A DNA stretch of 42,433 nt, taken from contig CALRBE010000007.1 in NCBI GenBank assembly GCA_943354005.1, positions 1 through 42,433 on the forward strand, in the 5' to 3' direction. This DNA comes from an uncultured Candidatus Saccharimonas sp. (GTDB taxonomy: Bacteria; Patescibacteriota; Saccharimonadia; Saccharimonadales; AWTP1-31). The notes beneath the pieces were generated by a model. That model saw only the letters and a list, made by a program, of their open reading frames with translations. It did not search any database and was not told where the DNA came from. The position numbers and the translations under genes are program-made. Positions 32,783 to 42,433 of this stretch are shown piece by piece (position 1 is the first letter of the stretch; every line of letters starts with the position of its first letter).

Positions 32783-35650
32783 ATGAACTTTTTACTTATA
32801 TTTGGACTACCATTTTTACTATTAGCTGCAATGAGTGGACTAATTATATTTTTCCAATCGCGCAAAACCTTAAGAGAGCAAAAAAACTATGAACGTGGCC
32901 TCAAGATGGTCCCATTACTCATCCATCTTCCACCAAGCAGTGAAGACGTTGAAGTTAACGGCCGAGACACAAGGGATGTCGTTGAGGAGAATATTTCAAA
33001 AGCACAAACTCTTTATAGTATTATTGCCAGCACACTAAAGAAAGACTACAAGAGTCGATTTTACGGACAACGCCACTTTACATTCGAAATTATCGGCATA
33101 GACGGGTTTGTAAAATTTTACGCTTCAGTACCAATTGTACTTGTGGACGTAGTGAAGCAGGCTGTCATTAGCGCCTATCCAACAGCGCAACTTACAGAAG
33201 TAGCTGAGCATAACATTTTTAGCCCTATAGGGAAGATAAGTGGCACTGTCGGAGGAGAATTAACTCTTAAAGAAAACTATGCATACCCAATTGCAACCTA
33301 TCAGGAGCTTAAAAGAGATGCATTGCAGTCATTGCTTAACGCGCTCTCTACTATGGATAAGCAGGATGGGGCAGGGATACAGTTTCTTATCAGGCCTGCG
33401 GACCCATCGTGGCGTAAGAATGCTCAAGCAGTAGCATCCCACAAAAGAAAAGGCGGTAAGAGTGGAGGCTCATCAGGTCTAATGTGGTGGGTTAAGCAGC
33501 TCGCAGTCGCGGCTGTAAAGCCACCTGAAGATAAATCTGGCGGTAAAGACTCAAGTAAGCCCGAGCTGTCTAGTCTTGATCAGTCAGTTTTGGATGCTAT
33601 AGATGACAAAACAAGATACCCTGGATATGAGGTTCTTATTCGCGTCGTAGCTTCATCAAACGTGAATCAGAGAGCACTGACAATTTTACGTAACATTGTA
33701 GCCGCGTTCGCTCTGTACGATGCTCAGGGAAAAAATGGATTTAAATACACACCATCTAGTGATATCGAAAGTTTTGTCACTTCATTTATCCTGCGTATTT
33801 TCCCTCAAGAAAGTAATAAGAACATCTTAAATACGGTAGAGCTAGCGACGCTTTTTCATTTTCCAGATCAGAAAAATATTCCAACAGCGCAACTTGAGCG
33901 CCAGGCGTCTAAGCAAGTAGATGCACCTCGTAATATGCCTGCTGACGGTTTACTCCTAGGCTACAATCTGTTTAGGGGAGCTAAGAAACCTATACGTTTA
34001 ACTAAGAATGACCGACAGAGGCATGTGTACGCAGTAGGACAAACAGGAACAGGAAAGAGTACGTTCCTTGAAAACTTGGCGTATCAAGACATGCTTAATG
34101 GTGATGGCTTTGCTTTCGTGGACCCTCATGGCGACACTGCAGATAAACTATTATCTTTGATACCCAAGGAACGTACGGAAGATGTCATATATTTCAACCC
34201 TTCAGATATGGATTTTCCTATGGGCCTCAACCTATTTGAATTTACTAGTCCTGAACAAAAAGACTTTTTGATTCAAGAAGCAATAAATATCTTATACAAA
34301 CTCTATGACCCCAATAGGCAGGGTATGATTGGCGCTCGTTTTGAGCATATTTTCACAAACTGCGCGCTGCTATTAATGGCAGACCCTAAAGGCGGCACAT
34401 TTATAGATATTCCAAAAGTGCTTGTTGATCCAGAATTCATGAAGGCTAAACTAAAATACGTTACAGATCAAAACGTATTAGATTTCTGGACGAAAGAGTG
34501 GCCTAACTCTCAGCGTTCCAATGAATCGGGAGAAGTAACTAGCTGGGTAGTTAGTAAGTTCGGAGCTTTCTTATCTAATCAAATGATGCGTAACATAATA
34601 GGCCAAGTAGAAAGCTCTTTTGATATTAGGCAGATCATGGATAATAAAAAAATTCTACTTGTAAACCTTAGTAAGGGTAAGATGGGTGACCTGAACTCTC
34701 GTCTAATGGGAATGATTTTCGTCATGAAATTTCAGGCTGCTGCAATGAGTCGCGCTAATATCCCTGAATCTGAGCGACAAGATTTCTGTCTTTACGTTGA
34801 TGAGTTCCAGAACTTCTCAACAGATTCATTCGCAACAATCATGTCAGAAGCGCGTAAATACCGCTTGAACTTGGTTGTTGCCAATCAATTCGTATCTCAG
34901 CTTACAGATGAAATTCGTGACGCTGTCTTTGGTAACATTGGAACTATAGTTTCATATAGAGTTGGACAAAACGATGTCGATGCAATGTCGCGCTACTTCC
35001 AGCCGTTATTCGACGCTGACGACCTTTTAAGAGTACCTAACTACAATGCTATTGTGCGTACACTAATTGGAGGTGTACCTACGCAACCGTTCAGCATGGC
35101 GGGGCTACCTTATCTTGAACCTAAAAATAATAATTTAGGCACAGCACTAAAACAACTGTCTTCCGCGAAATACGGTCGACCTAAGGCCCAGGTAGAAAAA
35201 GAGATATTCGCACGACTTGCTACTGCACCTAAGGCACCAATGATGCCTCAACAACCTGGGGCCAACAGACAAGTACCGCAACTAGGCCAACAAAAACCAC
35301 CTCAACCTATTGCGCCGCCATCTTTTCTTGATGACTGGCTAAAGAAACGTAGTGTTGCTCAGCCTGCTCAGCAGCCTGCAGGACAGCCAATAATGAACAA
35401 TCCGCAACCGATTGCTCCTCAATTGCATAATCCTGTCCAGCAGCCTCATCGTGCTTCTCCGGCCCAGCCAATAAATTATGCTCATTCTGCTTTTCAGCAG
35501 CCTACACAGCAAGCGCCACTTATTCCTGTCCAGCAACCTGTTGCGCAACCCCTAACTAAGCCTCAGCCCATAACAGAGCATGGACATATCAAGATTCAGA
35601 CCGGACAGCATTCAAATCAAGCTGAAGACATGATAATTATCGACCGTTAG
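32783..35650 (+). CDS. Membrane-anchored FtsK/HerA-superfamily P-loop ATPase, TraD/VirD4 coupling-protein-like
   Basis: 955 aa. N-terminal TM helix, an unknown domain of about 350 aa, Walker A GQTGTGKST, VDPHGD, Walker B LYVDEFQNF and ARKYRLNLVVANQFVSQL (TraG-D_C/HerA-like). C-terminal ~150-aa Q/P-rich tail. Confidence 0.75.
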   Translation: MNFLLIFGLPFLLLAAMSGLIIFFQSRKTLREQKNYERGLKMVPLLIHLPPSSEDVEVNGRDTRDVVEENISKAQTLYSIIASTLKKDYKSRFYGQRHFTFEIIGIDGFVKFYASVPIVLVDVVKQAVISAYPTAQLTEVAEHNIFSPIGKISGTVGGELTLKENYAYPIATYQELKRDALQSLLNALSTMDKQDGAGIQFLIRPADPSWRKNAQAVASHKRKGGKSGGSSGLMWWVKQLAVAAVKPPEDKSGGKDSSKPELSSLDQSVLDAIDDKTRYPGYEVLIRVVASSNVNQRALTILRNIVAAFALYDAQGKNGFKYTPSSDIESFVTSFILRIFPQESNKNILNTVELATLFHFPDQKNIPTAQLERQASKQVDAPRNMPADGLLLGYNLFRGAKKPIRLTKNDRQRHVYAVGQTGTGKSTFLENLAYQDMLNGDGFAFVDPHGDTADKLLSLIPKERTEDVIYFNPSDMDFPMGLNLFEFTSPEQKDFLIQEAINILYKLYDPNRQGMIGARFEHIFTNCALLLMADPKGGTFIDIPKVLVDPEFMKAKLKYVTDQNVLDFWTKEWPNSQRSNESGEVTSWVVSKFGAFLSNQMMRNIIGQVESSFDIRQIMDNKKILLVNLSKGKMGDLNSRLMGMIFVMKFQAAAMSRANIPESERQDFCLYVDEFQNFSTDSFATIMSEARKYRLNLVVANQFVSQLTDEIRDAVFGNIGTIVSYRVGQNDVDAMSRYFQPLFDADDLLRVPNYNAIVRTLIGGVPTQPFSMAGLPYLEPKNNNLGTALKQLSSAKYGRPKAQVEKEIFARLATAPKAPMMPQQPGANRQVPQLGQQKPPQPIAPPSFLDDWLKKRSVAQPAQQPAGQPIMNNPQPIAPQLHNPVQQPHRASPAQPINYAHSAFQQPTQQAPLIPVQQPVAQPLTKPQPITEHGHIKIQTGQHSNQAEDMIIIDR

Positions 35651-35652
35651 TC

Positions 35653-36231
35653 TTAAGAATCGATACGAGACTTACTAGTTGCCCTATACAAGAGTTCAAG
35701 AAGTGTCGTTAGAATGTAGCCTACGGCGAAGAATATTACAAACATAAAAATATTGTAAGACATGCCAAATTTACGAGAGAAATAAGTGGAGAGAAGGCTG
35801 CCAAGTAGGGCTAAAGCTCCGCCACCAAGTATACCGATAGGTCGTGCAATAGTTCTTTCGCTCATATCACTAATCTTATTTACGACTGGATTATGTACTA
35901 CCTTGCTGAACGCCCTGTCAGTAGCAGGGAGCTGCTTCTGTATACCTGACATAGTTTTTTTAAGTGTAATACCCTTAAGTTCTTTCTGTACTTGAATTTG
36001 AGATACTCCACCTTCAAAATCTTTAATCTCATCTTTCTTAAGTAGTTCACTGGAAAAAGCATTTGCTTCTACTTCGCGCCTAATCTCTTCTAGGCTTTTT
36101 TCGTGCTTAGCTTTAAGCTGTTCCGCTTTATTGTTGTGTTGATTCCTGGGTGATTCAACGTGATCATGGTGGGCAAGACTCTCGTGAGTATTCGCCGCTG
36201 ATTCTATCTTATGTTTGTGCTTTTCTGACAT
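35653..36231 (-). CDS. Hypothetical membrane protein (His/Lys-rich N-terminus, two C-terminal TM helices)
   Basis: 192 aa. Starts 2 nt after the stop of the LPXTG protein gene, which suggests co-transcription. Confidence 0.55.
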   Translation of the reverse strand: MSEKHKHKIESAANTHESLAHHDHVESPRNQHNNKAEQLKAKHEKSLEEIRREVEANAFSSELLKKDEIKDFEGGVSQIQVQKELKGITLKKTMSGIQKQLPATDRAFSKVVHNPVVNKISDMSERTIARPIGILGGGALALLGSLLSTYFSRKFGMSYNIFMFVIFFAVGYILTTLLELLYRATSKSRIDS

Positions 36232-36233
36232 TC

Positions 36234-38174
36234 CTACATTCCTCCGCTAGTTGTTGCATATTCACTTCGCACGATATCGAGCTCTTTTGATAGTAATCGG
36301 CTGCGTGCGTAGAAGTAACCAATTATTATTGTAATACCGGTTCCGATAAGTAGGGCACTACCAGGGCCAGTATTAGGTAATGTAGTCGTAATCTGTTCCG
36401 TAGTCTTAACTACACTGCTTGGAAGTTTGATGTTAACTGTATTGCCGTAGACGTTAGTCATAACCATGTCATAGGAGCCTCCAGGTTGGTTATAGGGCTT
36501 GAGCGTCTGAGGTATCGGATCTTTAACGGCAACCTTAAAGGTTTTTGTTATTTTTGCTCCAGGTTGAATCGTTACGGGAGCATTCCAAGAAAGTGTTTTT
36601 GAAGTATCTTCGAAGGTGGCGCCACCTAGACTATTTAGATCAAGATTTGAGTACTCAAGAACATCGGCTAATGATTCTGAGCGAAGGATTGTATTGCTGG
36701 CTGCTTTATCACCTAAGTTTGTAGTAGTTAAAGAGTACTCAATTACATCACCTGCGTTTGCGACAGTATTGTTGGCATCATTAATTCCTCTGGTGATATT
36801 TTTTGCACCCTTACTAATCGATAGTACTGGGGTAGGGTTTTCTTGGGGCTTAACGGTAATAGAGACCTTGCAAATGAGTGTTTGCTTAGCCCCTACAGAG
36901 CTACCAATCGTTGCTTGTACGTTGTAAGTACCATCTTTCTTATACTCATGCTCACTAGAAGTATCTGTAAGTTTATTGGATTTATTAACTTCAGTCTTTG
37001 AGCCGTCTCCAAAGTCATATGTATATGAACTTATCGTAGCGCCATTCACAACACTTGCCTTAGCTTCAAAAGAAAATTTATTACGTGTAGGCTGTTTATA
37101 TATCTTTAAGTATAAGCAAGCCGCATCTGGTACTTTGATTGGGACACAGGTTCCATTTGGTCCAGGTAGAGTGCCAGCAGGGCAGTCGACGACTACAGTA
37201 TTACAAACAGACACATCACTCCATCGCTGCACTTTACCTGTAGTCGTATTAACATCAGTAAGCCATCCAGCATTACAAACTGTCGTTCCGGAAGGTGTAT
37301 TTTGCTTAACTCTAGTTTTAATCTTTATGAAACCAGGAGTTCCGAAGGCGTCGGTATTACCAAAGGTATAAAACGGGGGAGTGTTGTTGACCCATTTTAG
37401 GGTGCTACCGTTACGTTCAAAGATCCAATTACCATACTCTGAGCTAATGTACTCAAGTTGAGAAGGTAAGGTGTCATTAACGGCGAAAAATGCAGACGTA
37501 CCACCAGTGTTAGTGAACGCTAACGTATAGTCTATGTAGTCTCCGGGCTTAACTATGCCTGTTGGCTGATTAATCTTTGCGAGTTTTAGGCTTGAAGCAG
37601 GCTCAGGTCTTGCGGGAGGATTATAGCCACCTTTGATGACTATATTTCCGCAATCATACATGACCATAAATGTTTGATTGTCTGGAGTCTTCATGACTAG
37701 CATCTTGTAGTTCGTATTACCCCAGCTAGATAGAGGGCGAAGATAGTAGGTACCGGCACCAGGGATATCTGCAGCGTACTCACCACGTTTTTGGTATGGA
37801 TTCCTTCCCATTGAGTACAATTGGTTGTCTTGAGCTGTAGCAGATATAGTTTGAGTGCTTGCACCTGCGAGCGTGGCACAACTAATACCGTAATATTCAA
37901 TTATTGTCCTGAATCCCTGCGCGTTAGTGTTGCATTGATCTACGGCTTGCTGTTTTGTCTTGAAGCCACAACGAATCACATCGTTACTACTACATTGATT
38001 ACTCGCTTCTGTAGGCTTTACTACGGCAAAAATTTGCAAGAGCATAGTTATTGCGATGAACGCGAGGCCTACTCGGCGTACGACTGCCTCTTTTTTTAGT
38101 CTTGAACTGTAAAATGCTACCTGGTCAATCAAGCTTGGATTGAAAGGAAGGTTGCTAAGAAGTTTATTAAACAT
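36234..38174 (-). CDS. LPXTG-anchored surface protein with DUF11-type repeats and a PKD-like domain
   Basis: 646 aa. N-terminal signal/anchor. Repeats GDYIDYTLAFTNTGGTSA and GDVIEYSLTTTNLGDKAA. PKD-like YTYDFGDGS. C-terminal LPNTG plus a hydrophobic helix and RSRLL tail. Confidence 0.8.
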   Translation of the reverse strand: MFNKLLSNLPFNPSLIDQVAFYSSRLKKEAVVRRVGLAFIAITMLLQIFAVVKPTEASNQCSSNDVIRCGFKTKQQAVDQCNTNAQGFRTIIEYYGISCATLAGASTQTISATAQDNQLYSMGRNPYQKRGEYAADIPGAGTYYLRPLSSWGNTNYKMLVMKTPDNQTFMVMYDCGNIVIKGGYNPPARPEPASSLKLAKINQPTGIVKPGDYIDYTLAFTNTGGTSAFFAVNDTLPSQLEYISSEYGNWIFERNGSTLKWVNNTPPFYTFGNTDAFGTPGFIKIKTRVKQNTPSGTTVCNAGWLTDVNTTTGKVQRWSDVSVCNTVVVDCPAGTLPGPNGTCVPIKVPDAACLYLKIYKQPTRNKFSFEAKASVVNGATISSYTYDFGDGSKTEVNKSNKLTDTSSEHEYKKDGTYNVQATIGSSVGAKQTLICKVSITVKPQENPTPVLSISKGAKNITRGINDANNTVANAGDVIEYSLTTTNLGDKAASNTILRSESLADVLEYSNLDLNSLGGATFEDTSKTLSWNAPVTIQPGAKITKTFKVAVKDPIPQTLKPYNQPGGSYDMVMTNVYGNTVNIKLPSSVVKTTEQITTTLPNTGPGSALLIGTGITIIIGYFYARSRLLSKELDIVRSEYATTSGGM

Positions 38175-38193
38175 TAGTACTCTCTCTATTAAT

Positions 38194-38223
38194 ATACTTA
38201 TGTTTATTGAACCACATAAGTAT
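38194..38223. repeat. Perfect 10-bp inverted repeat in the divergent adhesin/gyrB control region
   Basis: ATACTTATGT-n10-ACATAAGTAT, 20-49 bp upstream of the adhesin start codon. Confidence 0.7.
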
Positions 38224-38321
38224 CTTATAAAACAAGCGGGGCTTATTGTCTCGGGACAGCATTTAATCTATACTAGTAGTAAGAGTGGAAAAAAACAGAT
38301 TTACTTATGAATGAGGGTTAA

Positions 38322-40292
<1,971 letters not shown>

Positions 40293-40294
40293 AT

Positions 40295-42433
40295 ATGGAA
40301 GAAGAAAAAAATATAGTACCAGCAAAAGAATTATCTATGGACGAGAAGCGTCGAGGAGTTGCTCTACAGGAAGATGACCTCAACTCAGGCCACTCTCGTA
40401 GTGTCGAACGACGAACCGTAGAGAACGTAATGGAGGATAGCTATCTCCGTTATTCAATGAGCGTAATTATTGATCGTGCGTTGCCAGATGTTCGCGATGG
40501 TATGAAGCCTGTTCACCGACGTATTCTCTATAGCATGAATGAAGATGGTCTTCGCAGTGGTGCACGCCACCGCAAGAGCGCTAACGTGGTTGGTGCAGTC
40601 ATGGGTAAATACCATCCTCACGGAGACTCAAGCATCTATGACGCTATGGTTCGCATGGCTCAACCATGGGCGATGCGGTACATGCTCGTTAACGGGCAGG
40701 GTAACTTTGGTAGTATGGATGGTGATCCTCCAGCCGCCATGCGTTATACAGAAGCCAAGATGGCACGTCTTGCAGATGAACTGCTCGCTGACATCGATAA
40801 AGATACTGTTGATTTTCGTGAAAACTATGATGGAACAACTACTGAACCATCTGTATTGCCGGCAAAGCTCCCAAGCCTTCTATTGAATGGTCAACTGGGC
40901 ATCGCCGTAGGTATGGCAACTAATATCCCTCCGCATAACTTAACTGAGCTCGTAGATGCTGAACTACATCTAATTGATAATCCGGATGCAACAATCGATG
41001 ACCTACTGCAGTTCATTAAAGGGCCTGACTTTCCAACCGGTGGTGTCATCTACGGCAAGGACTCTATACGATCAGCTTATGCCACAGGTAGAGGCGGTGT
41101 CGTCACAAGAGGTGTAGCTGAGATCGTGGAAGGCAACAAAGGCCGAAGCCAGATTATAATTACCGAAATCCCATATGCACTTAATAAAGAGACATTAGTA
41201 CTCAAGATAGCTGATCTTGTTAGAGACAAGAAGTTAACGGGTATAAGTGACTTGCGCGACGAAACTGCTCGTGGAGCGGTAAGAATTGTACTTGATCTTA
41301 AAAAGGATGCTTATCCCAAGAAACTCTTAAACCAACTCTATAAACTTACTCCACTACAGCAAAGCTTCCACTTCAACATGATGGCCCTAATTGATGGTAT
41401 TCAGCCGCGCGTACTTAACCTTGGTGATATTTTACAGGAACATATCAAGCACAGACGCATTGTAGTCCGTCGTCGAACAGAATTCGAACTATCTAAAGCA
41501 AAAGACCGCGCACACATTCTAGAAGGCCTTAAAATCGCTCTAGACCACATTGATGAAGTTATCCGCGTGATCCGATCTAGTAAAAGTAGTGATGAAGCTC
41601 AAAAGAACCTAATTGAGAAGTTTAAGCTAAGCGAAATTCAAGCAAAAGCAATCCTCGCAATGCAGTTACGAGTCTTGACTGGGCTAGAACGCCAAAAAAT
41701 TGAAGATGAATTAGCAGAACTCATTAAGCTTATCGAAAAGCTTGAGGGCATTCTAGCCGATGAAAGCAAGATCCTCGCAATTATAAAGAAAGAACTAGCA
41801 TCACTTAAAGAGCAATATGGTGACGAACGACGAACGAGAGTTATACCTCAGGAGCTTGGTAAGATGGCTGACGAAGACCTCATTCCTGATGAACAGGTCG
41901 TTGTAACGCTAACATCAGCAAACTATATTAAGCGCTCACAAATCGTTGATTACCGAAGACAAAACCGTGGAGGTAAGGGTAAGAGAGGAATGGTGACTCG
42001 TGAGGAAGATGTCATTGAAATTGTTGTAAATGCAAGTACGCATGACTACCTACTATTCTTTACTAACAAGGGTAGAGTATTCCGCCTCAAGACATATGAA
42101 GTTCCTGCTACGAATCTAAGCGCCAAGGGTGTTGCAATCGTTAACTTACTGCAACTACAACAAGAAGAAAAGGTTAGTGCTGTCATTAACCTATCCAAGC
42201 TTAGTAAAACTGGGAATCTATTTATGTGTACTGTCAGAGGAGTTGTTAAGAAGACCCCGCTTGAGCAGTACCAGAATGTTCGCAGCTCAGGATTAATTAC
42301 AATTAATCTTGACGAGGGTGATGAACTCAAGTGGATCATCATGACGAACGGAGATAATGAGATAGTCATTTCAACATCTCTTGGTCAAGCAATTAGATTC
42401 CACGAAAAGGACGTTAGACCTATGGGTAGAGCA
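40295..42433 (+). CDS. gyrA: DNA gyrase subunit A (3' end beyond the window)
   Basis: Open frame from the ATG at 40295 to the window end (713 codons). Motifs: [58 protein letters not shown]. Confidence 0.95.
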   Translation, partial: MEEEKNIVPAKELSMDEKRRGVALQEDDLNSGHSRSVERRTVENVMEDSYLRYSMSVIIDRALPDVRDGMKPVHRRILYSMNEDGLRSGARHRKSANVVGAVMGKYHPHGDSSIYDAMVRMAQPWAMRYMLVNGQGNFGSMDGDPPAAMRYTEAKMARLADELLADIDKDTVDFRENYDGTTTEPSVLPAKLPSLLLNGQLGIAVGMATNIPPHNLTELVDAELHLIDNPDATIDDLLQFIKGPDFPTGGVIYGKDSIRSAYATGRGGVVTRGVAEIVEGNKGRSQIIITEIPYALNKETLVLKIADLVRDKKLTGISDLRDETARGAVRIVLDLKKDAYPKKLLNQLYKLTPLQQSFHFNMMALIDGIQPRVLNLGDILQEHIKHRRIVVRRRTEFELSKAKDRAHILEGLKIALDHIDEVIRVIRSSKSSDEAQKNLIEKFKLSEIQAKAILAMQLRVLTGLERQKIEDELAELIKLIEKLEGILADESKILAIIKKELASLKEQYGDERRTRVIPQELGKMADEDLIPDEQVVVTLTSANYIKRSQIVDYRRQNRGGKGKRGMVTREEDVIEIVVNASTHDYLLFFTNKGRVFRLKTYEVPATNLSAKGVAIVNLLQLQQEEKVSAVINLSKLSKTGNLFMCTVRGVVKKTPLEQYQNVRSSGLITINLDEGDELKWIIMTNGDNEIVISTSLGQAIRFHEKDVRPMGRA

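Overview
This is a 42.4 kb chromosomal segment. It is moderately AT-rich: my hand counts on single 60-nt lines give about 38-45% GC in ordinary genes. It reads cleanly in the standard code, since long ORFs are intact and TGA is used as a stop. Genes are tightly packed, with many 1-10 nt start/stop overlaps. The content is: (i) an 11 kb secretin-less type IV pilus locus (pilM-pilN-pilO-like, small TM ORF, pilB, pilT, pilC, major pilin, prepilin peptidase, three minor pilins, PilX-like protein). (ii) Housekeeping genes: xerC/D-type recombinase, ndk, PpiC-type isomerase, GT2 glycosyltransferase, nrdR, thrS, miaA, rpmB, an M50 protease, an ASCH-RNase H fusion, infC-rpmI-rplT, gyrB and a 3'-truncated gyrA. 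(iii) Five tRNAs (Arg-CCU, Asp-GUC, Thr-CGU, Val-GAC, Pro-GGG) and RNase P RNA. (iv) Several orphan acidic proteins in a compositionally heterogeneous block (14.6-18.2 kb). (v) A block with a membrane-anchored FtsK/HerA-superfamily (TraD/VirD4-like) ATPase lying convergent to an LPXTG/PKD surface-protein operon. The gene set (pili without a secretin, an LPXTG protein, reduced housekeeping, many orphans) suggests a reduced-genome monoderm-type bacterium such as Saccharibacteria/CPR. That placement is inference only. The features least explained by the ORF track are RNA-level: a T-box-like leader before thrS, a terminator-containing leader before infC, two candidate structured small RNAs (26.89-27.05 kb and 31.79-31.94 kb), and a ~1 kb ORF-free AT-rich region carrying a 14-bp GC-rich direct repeat. 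I saw no CRISPR array, transposase or obvious defence system.
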